This document shows, one piece after another, positions 1-8,242 of a stretch of 32,000 bases of DNA (positions within the stretch are counted from its first letter, which is position 1; each line of letters begins with the position of its first letter). The DNA is from Nonlabens ponticola (lineage in GTDB: Bacteria; Bacteroidota; Bacteroidia; Flavobacteriales; Flavobacteriaceae), in assembly GCF_003966335.1 (NCBI RefSeq), contig NZ_CP034549.1, forward strand, positions 330,001 to 362,000, in the 5' to 3' direction. Below the pieces are notes generated by a model. It did no database searches. It saw nothing but the letters and a program-made list of their open reading frames with translations, and was not told the origin of the DNA. The position numbers were made by a program, and so were the translations under genes.

Positions 1-144
1 CAGTATGGCGAGACAGGATAATACTATGGTTATGAACTGTCGTCCTGTAATAAAACTTGGTGTTGTTTTTCGTGGGCTCACTTGCAGTAACAAATTAAAA
101 AACTAGCGATCCAGGTAATTTGTTTTTAGGCCGTTTAGAATTTA

Positions 145-179
145 GCTTTCGCGCCTGCCTATCGGCGAGGCAGGAAAGC
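145..179 (-). terminator. Imperfect nested hairpin just 3' of the PiT gene, built on a split copy of the GCTTTCGCGAAAGC palindrome; possible terminator
   Basis: GCTTTC(145-150) pairs with GAAAGC(174-179). The inner stem is cctgcct(154-160)/aggcagg(168-174). It lies 16 nt past the stop at 195-197. No clean T-run follows on the minus strand. Confidence 0.3.
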
Positions 180-194
180 GTAATCCTAAAACAC

Positions 195-2465
195 CTATTC
201 ACTCTCGCTATCCCGATCAAATCGATTGACATCGTACTCAGTGTAGTACTGCTCTGCAATCTGGATAACGGTATTGAGTAGATCACGAGTTTCAAGCAGC
301 AGTCCAAAGTAAAGCGTAGTGTTTTTAGGCGATTCGTCAGCGTCCTTGGTTCGTTTTACTTGCTTTTCGATTTTGTGATCCACCAGCACAAGAATCTCTC
401 GCTTTTTATGAATAACGGCCTCTAGTTTCCCGAACTCCTTAGCAGAGAAGATTTGTTGAACCTCGCCAAAAATATCTTGAAGTTGCAAGATGATTTCCTT
501 AAGGTCCTTAATCTGATTAAATTTTAGGCTCTTGTGATTGTTATTGATGTGATCTGCGCTTGCCTTAGAGATGTAATCCAGTGATTGCGATACATCTTGC
601 AAGTGACCCAAGACATTTATGTAGAATTTACTGGCACCGATGCTTGTCTCGTCCAGATTCTTGATAAAAAAGTAGATATTGTTGCGCAGGTTATCGATCT
701 CGCCAGCGAGTTTTTTACTCACCTTGCGGCTTTTTTTAAGACTACTTAAATCCTGCGTCATAAGACCTTCCAGTGTGTTTTGATACATGTGCTTACCGCG
801 TTTGAAAACGGTAGATACGATATCGCTACTTTCCTCTATAATACCTTGAATGGTATTGCTCTCGGCGCGTTTGAGCTCGTCTGTCGCCTTTTGTACATTT
901 TGAGATTTCTTGTGCATCAAGAAACTGCGTGTGATAAGAACGATAGCAAGCGCCACCAGACCAACAATAGCGTACATACCACCCATGTAAATGATGTAGG
1001 CAAATATGGCAGCGGCAGTAAAGGCGCTAAAAGCGGTAAAAAACCAACCACCTATTACGTTTAATACACCAGCGATGCGGTAAACGGCACTCTCGGTACC
1101 CCAAGCGCGGTCTGCGAGCGAGGTTCCCATGGCTACCATAAAAGTTACATAGGTTGTGGAAAGTGGCAATTTGTATGAGGTTGCAACAGATATAAGCACA
1201 CTGGCCACCATCAGATTGACCGACGCGCGCACATAATCAAATGCTGGTCTATCTGCATTTCTAGGAACTAAAGTAGATTCTGGAGCCTTCTCAAATTTTG
1301 AAGCGATATACTTATTGGCATTTGCCGGCATGATGCGCTTGATACCTTCGGCAGCGACGAGTGAGTAGCGTACTAGATATCTAGAAAGGGCATTCGCCTG
1401 AAAACGCTCTGTACCGCTGTCTTGACGAGCTAGATCGACTGATGTTTTTACAACGGCTTGAGCCTTTGAAGAGAACCAAAGCGTCAACACCATGATGATA
1501 CCAGCGACCATGAGCAGCCATTTCTGGCTAGGCAATTTGCCTGCGAGTGCGTCCATGGTAAAGTCTGCCGGTGATCCAGCGGCTTGCCACACATTATATG
1601 CGTCATAGGCACCTATGGGTACACCAATAAAGTTTACCAAGTCATTACCGGCAAAGGCCATCGCCAGGCCAAAGGTTCCCATGATAATGATCAACTTGTA
1701 GATATCCCATTTGATCACGTACACATAAATCAAACTGAAAATCGTCCAAAACACAAAGCCATAGGCCAACGTGGTGTAAACGTTTGAAGTGTATTCAAAA
1801 ATAAAGTTGAGTGCTCCTAGATCTGCACCCTTTAATCCTTTTACAAGGATGAAATAATACAAACTGGTGAGTGACAAACCTCCAAAAATCCCAGCCAAAA
1901 AAGCTGGACGCTTGCGGTAGTTAAACGTGAGCATAAGCCTAGACAAAAACTGCACAACGGCACCTATGGTAAAGGCCACCACTACCGATAGTAGAATGCC
2001 TGAAACAATCTCAATCGCAGTATCACTAGCGATATACTTGCCTAGATTAAGAAAAGTCTCTGTCGGGCTATTACTTATTTTAATCAAAGAAATACATACT
2101 GCGGCACCCAACAATTCAAAAACGATAGATACGGTAGTTGATGTAGGCAATCCCATACTATTAAAGAAGTCCAGCAATAGTACATCTGTAATCATGACCG
2201 CCATGAAAATGATCATGACATCGTCAAAGAAAAACTCGCTGGGATTGAAGATTCCCTTGCGCGCAACCTCCATCATACCGCTGCTGGAAAGCGCACCTAG
2301 CGCAATACCTATACTCGCGATTATCATGATGGTCTTAAAGCTTATCGCCTTAGATCCTATCGCGCTATTCAAGAAATTCACTGCATCGTTACTCACACCA
2401 ACTACAAGGTCTGTGATGGCTAGTCCTGCGAGTATCACTAGCATGTAAATGTAAACGTCTCCCAT
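195..2465 (-). CDS. Inorganic phosphate transporter, PiT (PHO4) family, long form with a C-terminal PhoU-like cytoplasmic domain
   Basis: 756-aa ORF. The N-terminal ~520 aa are polytopic membrane protein with PiT-like motifs (VSNDAVNFLNSAIG; AGNDLVNFIGVP). The C-terminal ~230 aa are helical and charged, resembling PhoU/NptA C-terminal domains. Confidence 0.8.
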   Translation of the reverse strand: MGDVYIYMLVILAGLAITDLVVGVSNDAVNFLNSAIGSKAISFKTIMIIASIGIALGALSSSGMMEVARKGIFNPSEFFFDDVMIIFMAVMITDVLLLDFFNSMGLPTSTTVSIVFELLGAAVCISLIKISNSPTETFLNLGKYIASDTAIEIVSGILLSVVVAFTIGAVVQFLSRLMLTFNYRKRPAFLAGIFGGLSLTSLYYFILVKGLKGADLGALNFIFEYTSNVYTTLAYGFVFWTIFSLIYVYVIKWDIYKLIIIMGTFGLAMAFAGNDLVNFIGVPIGAYDAYNVWQAAGSPADFTMDALAGKLPSQKWLLMVAGIIMVLTLWFSSKAQAVVKTSVDLARQDSGTERFQANALSRYLVRYSLVAAEGIKRIMPANANKYIASKFEKAPESTLVPRNADRPAFDYVRASVNLMVASVLISVATSYKLPLSTTYVTFMVAMGTSLADRAWGTESAVYRIAGVLNVIGGWFFTAFSAFTAAAIFAYIIYMGGMYAIVGLVALAIVLITRSFLMHKKSQNVQKATDELKRAESNTIQGIIEESSDIVSTVFKRGKHMYQNTLEGLMTQDLSSLKKSRKVSKKLAGEIDNLRNNIYFFIKNLDETSIGASKFYINVLGHLQDVSQSLDYISKASADHINNNHKSLKFNQIKDLKEIILQLQDIFGEVQQIFSAKEFGKLEAVIHKKREILVLVDHKIEKQVKRTKDADESPKNTTLYFGLLLETRDLLNTVIQIAEQYYTEYDVNRFDRDSESE

Positions 2466-2544
2466 TGCTTAAAATAGTTAAGCTGCAAAAGTGCTATATT
2501 CTGTTGGGTTGTACGTTATTAAAAGGTTATAAATATTAGGCGTT

Positions 2545-2577
2545 AGGATAGTTACGCTTTCGCGAAAGCGTAATCCT
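2545..2577. repeat. Extended hairpin element containing a perfect GCTTTCGCGAAAGC (2556-2569); 22-bp perfect palindrome TTACGCTTTCGCGAAAGCGTAA (2552-2573) plus AGGAT/ATCCT outer arms
   Basis: Read directly from the sequence. Intergenic, between the terminator of the lipoprotein gene and the PiT start codon. Confidence 0.95.
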
Positions 2578-2593
2578 ACAAACATTACTGCAT

Positions 2594-2624
2594 AAAAAAA
2601 GCTGCCTGGTAGCAGGCAGCTTTT
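2594..2624 (-). terminator. Rho-independent terminator (usable in both directions) downstream of the lipoprotein gene
   Basis: Stem gctgcctg(2601-2608)/caggcagc(2613-2620) with a 4-nt loop. Flanked by an A7 run (2594-2600) and T4 (2621-2624), so the minus strand reads hairpin followed by TTTTTTT. Confidence 0.8.
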
Positions 2625-2650
2625 GTAAAATATTTTGATATAAGATTAGA

Positions 2651-3865
2651 CTAGTTTCTTGTCCAGCCGTCGCCCCAAGAATCATAATCTGTTCCTGCAT
2701 CGTCATCATCGTCATCGTCATCATTCTCAATAACATCGTCTTGTGTAGGTGCTGGATTTGCAGATCCTACGCTTTCTTCAAAGCCATATGAATATTCAGT
2801 ATCTACATCGTCAAAAAGAACATTGGTAAAAAATAAATCAGAAGGAATGTTTGAACTTGTTCTAAAGGCTGACTCATCATCCTCTATCACAACACCACGA
2901 CCTGTGTTTGAAATCTCGATGTTGCTGAAGATACCACCTGATCCTGCACGTACTCTAAAGGCTCTACTATCATCATCATTACCAACTATAGTAACACGAT
3001 TGACTGTAGGACGAGATAATAGATTGACATCCTCAAGTGAGAAGTCTGTATTGAAGCCATCCATTTCAAAAGCACTGTCACCATCTGCAACATCAAGTTG
3101 CTCAACATAAACGTCTGTAAGGGTACCTCTATAACCTTCAGTCCAGTCGATGGAGTCATCTTCTGCTCCTACTACAGATAGGAAAGACACGTTTACAGTA
3201 CCGCCAAAAAATTCCACACCATCATCTGATCCTCTATAGACTTGCACGTGGTCAATGCTTGTTCCATTTCCTACAGCATATAGCGATAAGCCGTTAAGTT
3301 CTGCATTACCATCGATGGCACCACCAGCATACTCGATTCTCATGTAAGAGATATCTCCAGAGTCGTCTGACTCGTCATTGCCACCATAAGATAGTTGTCC
3401 TACTTCGCTCGTTGCAGTATCAGTCGATCCAGCTGCTGTAGAGTTGATAGGTGCTCTACCCAAAATAATAAGTCCACCCCAATCACCAGAATCTGGGTCA
3501 TTTGCAGCAGATGTAAGTACGATAGGATCATCTGCGGTACCTTGAGCATCGATTCTAGCGCCTTGCTGGATCGCGATGTAGGCATTCACACCTACTGGTA
3601 ATGCTCTCAAAGTAGTTCCTGCAGGAATGGTAAGTGTAGTACCATTACTCATGATTAATGGACCATTGATAATATAATCAACGTCCTCGTCCAACTCAAG
3701 GTCCTGTGTATATACACCACTCAAGTTGACTGCGTCTTCATTGCCGCCACCAGTTCCATTGCCGCCATTTGTGATGTTGATTGTAATATCAGACGTGTCG
3801 TCGCTTTCACAACTAGCAAAGATTGCTAATACAAAAAGCGCTATTAAAAATCTATTTGCTTTCAT
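2651..3865 (-). CDS. Putative cell-surface lipoprotein (beta-helix-like, Gly/Asp-rich) with a poly-Asp C-terminal tail; partner of the upstream TonB-dependent receptor
   Basis: 404-aa ORF. Lipoprotein signal MKANRFLIALFVLAIFASC. Repetitive GxxxxI/V strand-like segments. D8 run near the C-terminus. Starts 31 nt after the receptor stop on the same strand. Confidence 0.7.
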   Translation of the reverse strand: MKANRFLIALFVLAIFASCESDDTSDITINITNGGNGTGGGNEDAVNLSGVYTQDLELDEDVDYIINGPLIMSNGTTLTIPAGTTLRALPVGVNAYIAIQQGARIDAQGTADDPIVLTSAANDPDSGDWGGLIILGRAPINSTAAGSTDTATSEVGQLSYGGNDESDDSGDISYMRIEYAGGAIDGNAELNGLSLYAVGNGTSIDHVQVYRGSDDGVEFFGGTVNVSFLSVVGAEDDSIDWTEGYRGTLTDVYVEQLDVADGDSAFEMDGFNTDFSLEDVNLLSRPTVNRVTIVGNDDDSRAFRVRAGSGGIFSNIEISNTGRGVVIEDDESAFRTSSNIPSDLFFTNVLFDDVDTEYSYGFEESVGSANPAPTQDDVIENDDDDDDDDAGTDYDSWGDGWTRN

Positions 3866-3896
3866 GTTTTTTATTTTACTTGTTTATTGATTAAGA

Positions 3897-6698
3897 TTAG
3901 AATTGGTATTTAAGACTCATCCCTAGATTGACACCTAGTTTGAAACTACTTATTGTGATATCACCACTACTGGTCTCTTCTCTCACGTATTCAATATCTG
4001 GATTGATGAGATTTTTTGCACTCAATTTGAATGTTAGATTATCGCTCAACGGGCTTGAATAGACAAAGTCTAATGAAAAGACTGATTTTTCTATAATATC
4101 TCCTAGAGAACCTGCACCAATAGCAGATATTCGGTCTGAGAAGTAACTACCAACAAGTGACGCCGTAGGTTTATAATTGTTTAATGTAGGTGTATAAGTA
4201 AGATCTGCATTGATGATAAATGGTGACGCTCCTTCAAGGGCAATCTCATCGCGATCAAATGATGTTGTATAGGTTACATTATCGCCAGTGATATCCTTGA
4301 GATCTTGATTTGTATAGGTATACGCTGCGTTGACGCCAGCAACAAGTACATTATCTTCTTCTAGATCCTTGACAATACCTACTCTAGCCTCGAGCTCGAC
4401 ACCTAATACATCCGCACTATCACCAGTTCTAAAGTAGCGCTGTGTACCGGTAGCATCTGCCGCAACGACGCGGTTTACTGGGTCATCGATTTTCTTATAA
4501 AATGTACCAATGGATAGGATCTCGCCTTGATTAAAGAAGTATTCAAATTTCAAATCAAAGTTGTTCACCGTACTGTAAGTAGGGCCGCTACCATCTCTGC
4601 CGCCTATCAAATCAGGATTACCACCATATCTAACGGTTACATCCTCATAGACAAACGGTGCCACCTCTTTAAATTCCGGTAAAGAAGCTGTTTGGCTGTA
4701 TGATGCTCTCAAGTTGATATCTTCTGTCAAAGAATACTTTGCATTGATACTAGGCAATATGATGTTTTCATAGACGCTGCGAGATCCTGGATCATTAGGT
4801 GGCAGGTTTACTACATCATAGGTAATACTTTGATCCCAAGTCTCAACTCTCAAGCCTGGAATGAGCAATAGTTTACCGGTAGTGATTTGTGCATTGGCAC
4901 TAACACCATGGATATCCATTTGTCCATTATAGATATTCTCTGGCAATCCTGGCACATTTGTATTTCCTATTTCATTAGATATAGGATTCAAAACGATGGT
5001 ATTGAATTGCGTACCTATGTTACGTACATTAAATATATCGTCCAGATTGTTCACGTCTAGAACTGGTACATCTCTACCATTAAGCTCTACCTCATATCCA
5101 TATCGATAAGAAGTAAAATCACGTTCCTTGCGTCTACCGCTGTATCGCAGATTGAACTTTAAATTCTCATTTACTGTTTTCTCGATATTCAGAAAACCTG
5201 TGATCTCATCATCTACAACAGATTGAGTAAACCGTTGATTGTCAAAGGCGATGTTTGAGAACAAATTAGGATTGGTCTCTGGATCATTATCCAGCGCAAA
5301 CTGATAATCTTCTAGGGTATTCCTGCGACGATCTGGCTCATCAGAAAATACTTTATTATATGCTGCACCCCAATTTATGGCAAGTGTCTCTTGGATATCG
5401 TGCTCACCTAATAATTGAGTCACGTGAACTCGATCCTGGTTGAACTGTGTGTTCCTTACAAAATAACCGTCCTCACTATCATTGGCATCGCGATTAAATC
5501 CTTGACCATTGATACCATAGTTGGACACACCATTAGCAGATTTATTCACAAAAAGATTTACAAACTTGAAACTGTTATTATCATCAAGTGTAAAATCTAT
5601 ATTGGCTTGTGCAGTAGTGCGTGCCGTATAATTGTATTCTTCCACCGTTGGGAAATTGACTTTCAAGACATTGGTAAAGTCTCTGGCAACACCTGTTTGA
5701 TAAAAAGAACCATTTGTAAATGCTGCAGACCCATAAAGACTAAGCCTCATACCATTATCAAATCTAAAGGAGTGGCCACCATCGATACTAGCATCAATAT
5801 TCACAGGTTCAAACCCATCAACTGGATCAACGCTGTGAGATAGCAATACTGCAAAAGGATCGTTGTCATATTTATTATAATAACCGGCATAACTCGCGCC
5901 ATCCAATCTCACAAAATCCTCGCCAATGGCATTGGTATTTGCACCAGTACCCAGCGTGACATTAAGAAAGCTATTACCAGTATGCTTTTTGGATCTAACA
6001 TTAACATTACCAGCTGAAAAATCACCAAAAAATCGAACATCATAAGCCTTACTCACATCGATACTCTCAATCACATCAGACGAGAAGATGTCCAGGTCAA
6101 TGTTTTTCTTATTTACATCAGTGGATGGTAATGATAAACCGTTTAATGAAGAGTTTTGGTACCTATCACCTAGTCCACGTACATAGACATTACTGCTGCT
6201 TTCTTGTTTTGAGACACCAGATATTTTTGCAACCGCACCAGATGCATCACTTACACCTTTTTGGGATAATTCTTGCGCACCTATGGATTGTACGATGGTT
6301 ACAGACTTCTTTTGTTCTTCTAACAGCGCCTCTGCACTCTCGCGAGACCTGCGCACCACGACTGATACTGCCTCAAGTGCCGCAGACTCTGCCGCCATGT
6401 CAATATCTACAGTGGTAGTAAAACCATCACGCACTACCACGTTAGGTACTTCAATCGTCTGCATTCCTACAAATGATGCCACTAGTGTGTAAGTACCAAC
6501 TGGCGCCACAATATTAAATTTACCGTCAATATCTGTTTGAGCACCCAGCTGTGTATCCTTGAGTACTACAGAAGCAAAAGGAACGGTCAATCGCTCCTCA
6601 CCGCTATCCTTATCATAGATAGTACCTACTACACGACCCGTTTGAGCAGCCGCTATCGCACCAACCATAAAAAGTAATACACATAAAAACTTATTCAT
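3897..6698 (-). CDS. TonB-dependent outer-membrane receptor with an N-terminal carboxypeptidase-regulatory-like domain
   Basis: 933-aa ORF. Signal peptide ending AAAQ. GRVVGTIYDKDSG..VPFASVVL matches a CarboxypepD_reg fold. Plug-domain motif NVYVRGLGDRYQNSSLNGLSLPS. Terminal aromatic residue (..LKYQF). Confidence 0.9.
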   Translation of the reverse strand: MNKFLCVLLFMVGAIAAAQTGRVVGTIYDKDSGEERLTVPFASVVLKDTQLGAQTDIDGKFNIVAPVGTYTLVASFVGMQTIEVPNVVVRDGFTTTVDIDMAAESAALEAVSVVVRRSRESAEALLEEQKKSVTIVQSIGAQELSQKGVSDASGAVAKISGVSKQESSSNVYVRGLGDRYQNSSLNGLSLPSTDVNKKNIDLDIFSSDVIESIDVSKAYDVRFFGDFSAGNVNVRSKKHTGNSFLNVTLGTGANTNAIGEDFVRLDGASYAGYYNKYDNDPFAVLLSHSVDPVDGFEPVNIDASIDGGHSFRFDNGMRLSLYGSAAFTNGSFYQTGVARDFTNVLKVNFPTVEEYNYTARTTAQANIDFTLDDNNSFKFVNLFVNKSANGVSNYGINGQGFNRDANDSEDGYFVRNTQFNQDRVHVTQLLGEHDIQETLAINWGAAYNKVFSDEPDRRRNTLEDYQFALDNDPETNPNLFSNIAFDNQRFTQSVVDDEITGFLNIEKTVNENLKFNLRYSGRRKERDFTSYRYGYEVELNGRDVPVLDVNNLDDIFNVRNIGTQFNTIVLNPISNEIGNTNVPGLPENIYNGQMDIHGVSANAQITTGKLLLIPGLRVETWDQSITYDVVNLPPNDPGSRSVYENIILPSINAKYSLTEDINLRASYSQTASLPEFKEVAPFVYEDVTVRYGGNPDLIGGRDGSGPTYSTVNNFDLKFEYFFNQGEILSIGTFYKKIDDPVNRVVAADATGTQRYFRTGDSADVLGVELEARVGIVKDLEEDNVLVAGVNAAYTYTNQDLKDITGDNVTYTTSFDRDEIALEGASPFIINADLTYTPTLNNYKPTASLVGSYFSDRISAIGAGSLGDIIEKSVFSLDFVYSSPLSDNLTFKLSAKNLINPDIEYVREETSSGDITISSFKLGVNLGMSLKYQF

Positions 6699-6851
6699 CT
6701 TGTACTTGTTTTCTCGTGCAAAATAACGACGTGATGCAGGGACAACAGGTTAATTTACCATTAGCATATTTCTGACCATTGTTAAGAAATGGTTACCCTA
6801 GGTAAACAGGTTGTTAGGATACAGGATACTATCTTGCATCAAACTTTATTC

Positions 6852-8183
6852 ATGAACTGGCCACAATTATTATCGCTTAAAAAATATGGTGACACCCAAC
6901 GTCGTGATCGACTCGAGCAGGACGAGTTGCGGTTAGGGTTTGAGGTAGATTATGATAGGATCATATTCTCACAAGAATTTCGCAGTTTGCAGGATAAGAC
7001 ACAGGTAATCCCGTTGAGCCAAACTGGTTTTGTGCATACTCGACTTACACATAGTCTAGAGGTGAGCGTGGTAGGCAGGTCGATAGGAAGAATGGCTGGG
7101 AAGAAAATACTCGAGCGCCATCCAGAATTGCTCAAGATGGGATATAAATTGCAAGATTTTGGCAGTATAGTCTGCGCTGCGGCTCTTGCACACGATATCG
7201 GGAATCCACCCTTTGGCCATAGTGGTGAGAAGTCGATAGGTAACTACTTTGCCAGTGGTAAGATGCAGATGGTGATGAGTCAGCTTTCGCGAAAGCAACA
7301 ACACGACCTACTGCATTTTGAGGGAAATGCTAATGGATACCGTTTATTAAATCTTGACAAGCCGGCTGCACCAGGTGGATTGAGATTGTCTTATGCAACG
7401 TTGGGTGCGTTCATAAAGTATCCAAAAGAGTCACTACCTGTAAAACCAACTGCTCATATCTCTCAGAAGAAATACGGTATTTTCCAATCAGACCTTGAAC
7501 ATTTTAAAGACGTGGCAAGCGAGTTGGGTCTGGACGACAACCTTGAGGAAACAGGTTTTTACAATAGGCATCCACTTGCCTATCTTGTTGAAGCCGCAGA
7601 TGATATATGTTACAGCATCATCGATTTTGAAGATGGTATCAACCTAGGCTGGATATCAGAGGATTATGCCCTGGAGCACTTGATAAATCTAGTACGCAGT
7701 AATATTAGGACTGATGTTTATTCCAATCTGGAGACAACCGCACAGCGATTGGGCTATTTGAGATCGCTAGCCATCAATAATCTGATAACGGACTGCGTGA
7801 ACATTTTTATGGATAATGAAGAGGCTATTCTTAAAGGGCAGTTTGCTCACGCACTTATGGATAGGTCGACCTATAAAGCTCAAGTAGATGATATTCTATC
7901 CATTACTGTCAAGAATGTTTACAAAAACACCGATGTTGTTCAAAAAGAGGTTTCTGGTTACAAGATATTAGGCGATATTCTTGACGCGATGGTGACTGCC
8001 ATGCTCAATGATTTGTCGGGTACGCTCACCACGTACGACAAATTAATCCTAGATCTTACAGCCGTAGAACTTAACGAGAGTGATGAGGTTTATGATAGAC
8101 TGCTTACTTGCTGTGCTTATGTCTCATCATTGACAGACTCAAAATCGATGGCTTTGTTCAAAGTTATTAATGGGAGTATCTAG
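6852..8183 (+). CDS. dgt: dGTPase-family deoxynucleoside triphosphate triphosphohydrolase (HD domain)
   Basis: HD motifs RLTHSLEVSVVGRSIG and AALAHDIGNPPFGHSGE. I prefer the ATG at 6852 (MNWPQLLS..) over the ORF-track start at 6789, by analogy with typical Dgt N-termini. Confidence 0.85.
   Translation: MNWPQLLSLKKYGDTQRRDRLEQDELRLGFEVDYDRIIFSQEFRSLQDKTQVIPLSQTGFVHTRLTHSLEVSVVGRSIGRMAGKKILERHPELLKMGYKLQDFGSIVCAAALAHDIGNPPFGHSGEKSIGNYFASGKMQMVMSQLSRKQQHDLLHFEGNANGYRLLNLDKPAAPGGLRLSYATLGAFIKYPKESLPVKPTAHISQKKYGIFQSDLEHFKDVASELGLDDNLEETGFYNRHPLAYLVEAADDICYSIIDFEDGINLGWISEDYALEHLINLVRSNIRTDVYSNLETTAQRLGYLRSLAINNLITDCVNIFMDNEEAILKGQFAHALMDRSTYKAQVDDILSITVKNVYKNTDVVQKEVSGYKILGDILDAMVTAMLNDLSGTLTTYDKLILDLTAVELNESDEVYDRLLTCCAYVSSLTDSKSMALFKVINGSI
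7283..7296. repeat. GCTTTCGCGAAAGC palindrome, perfect copy inside dgt (read as LSRK)
   Basis: Exact 14-mer read in the sequence. Codon phase gives caG CTT TCG CGA AAG Caa = QLSRKQ. Confidence 0.95.
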
Positions 8184-8242
8184 CCACTTTAAAGCAACCA
8201 GTATGAGGTTCTTATCGTATATTTAACACAAAAATTTTCTTG

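Noticed and set aside
1-106. Open frame (phase 2) running from the window edge to the TAG at 104-106; possible 3' end of an upstream plus-strand gene
   Set aside because: Only 34 codons are visible and there are no recognisable motifs, so this cannot be supported.
155-164. Shared 10-mer CTGCCTATCG between the nested hairpin at 155-164 and the terminator loop at 16280-16289
   Set aside because: Many 10-mer coincidences are expected in 32 kb on two strands, so this is not significant on its own.
1927-2448. 173-aa plus-strand ORF inside the PiT gene. Similar antisense or overlapping ORFs occur at 95-307, 780-1064, 1584-1787, 2823-3110, 5415-5843, 6125-6492, 10195-10479, 14324-15203, 15471-15722, 16377-16688, 20708-21488, 22216-22618, 24244-24495, 26542-26988 and 28353-28645.
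   Set aside because: All lie fully within much longer ORFs that have clear family motifs on the other strand or frame. Their compositions are typical of shadow ORFs.
6852-8183. dGTPase as an anti-phage dNTP-depletion defence gene
   Set aside because: Defence-type dGTPases exist. This copy, however, sits among housekeeping genes with no neighbouring defence or mobile genes and looks like the standard Dgt-like HD protein. There is no sequence-based reason to call it a defence system.
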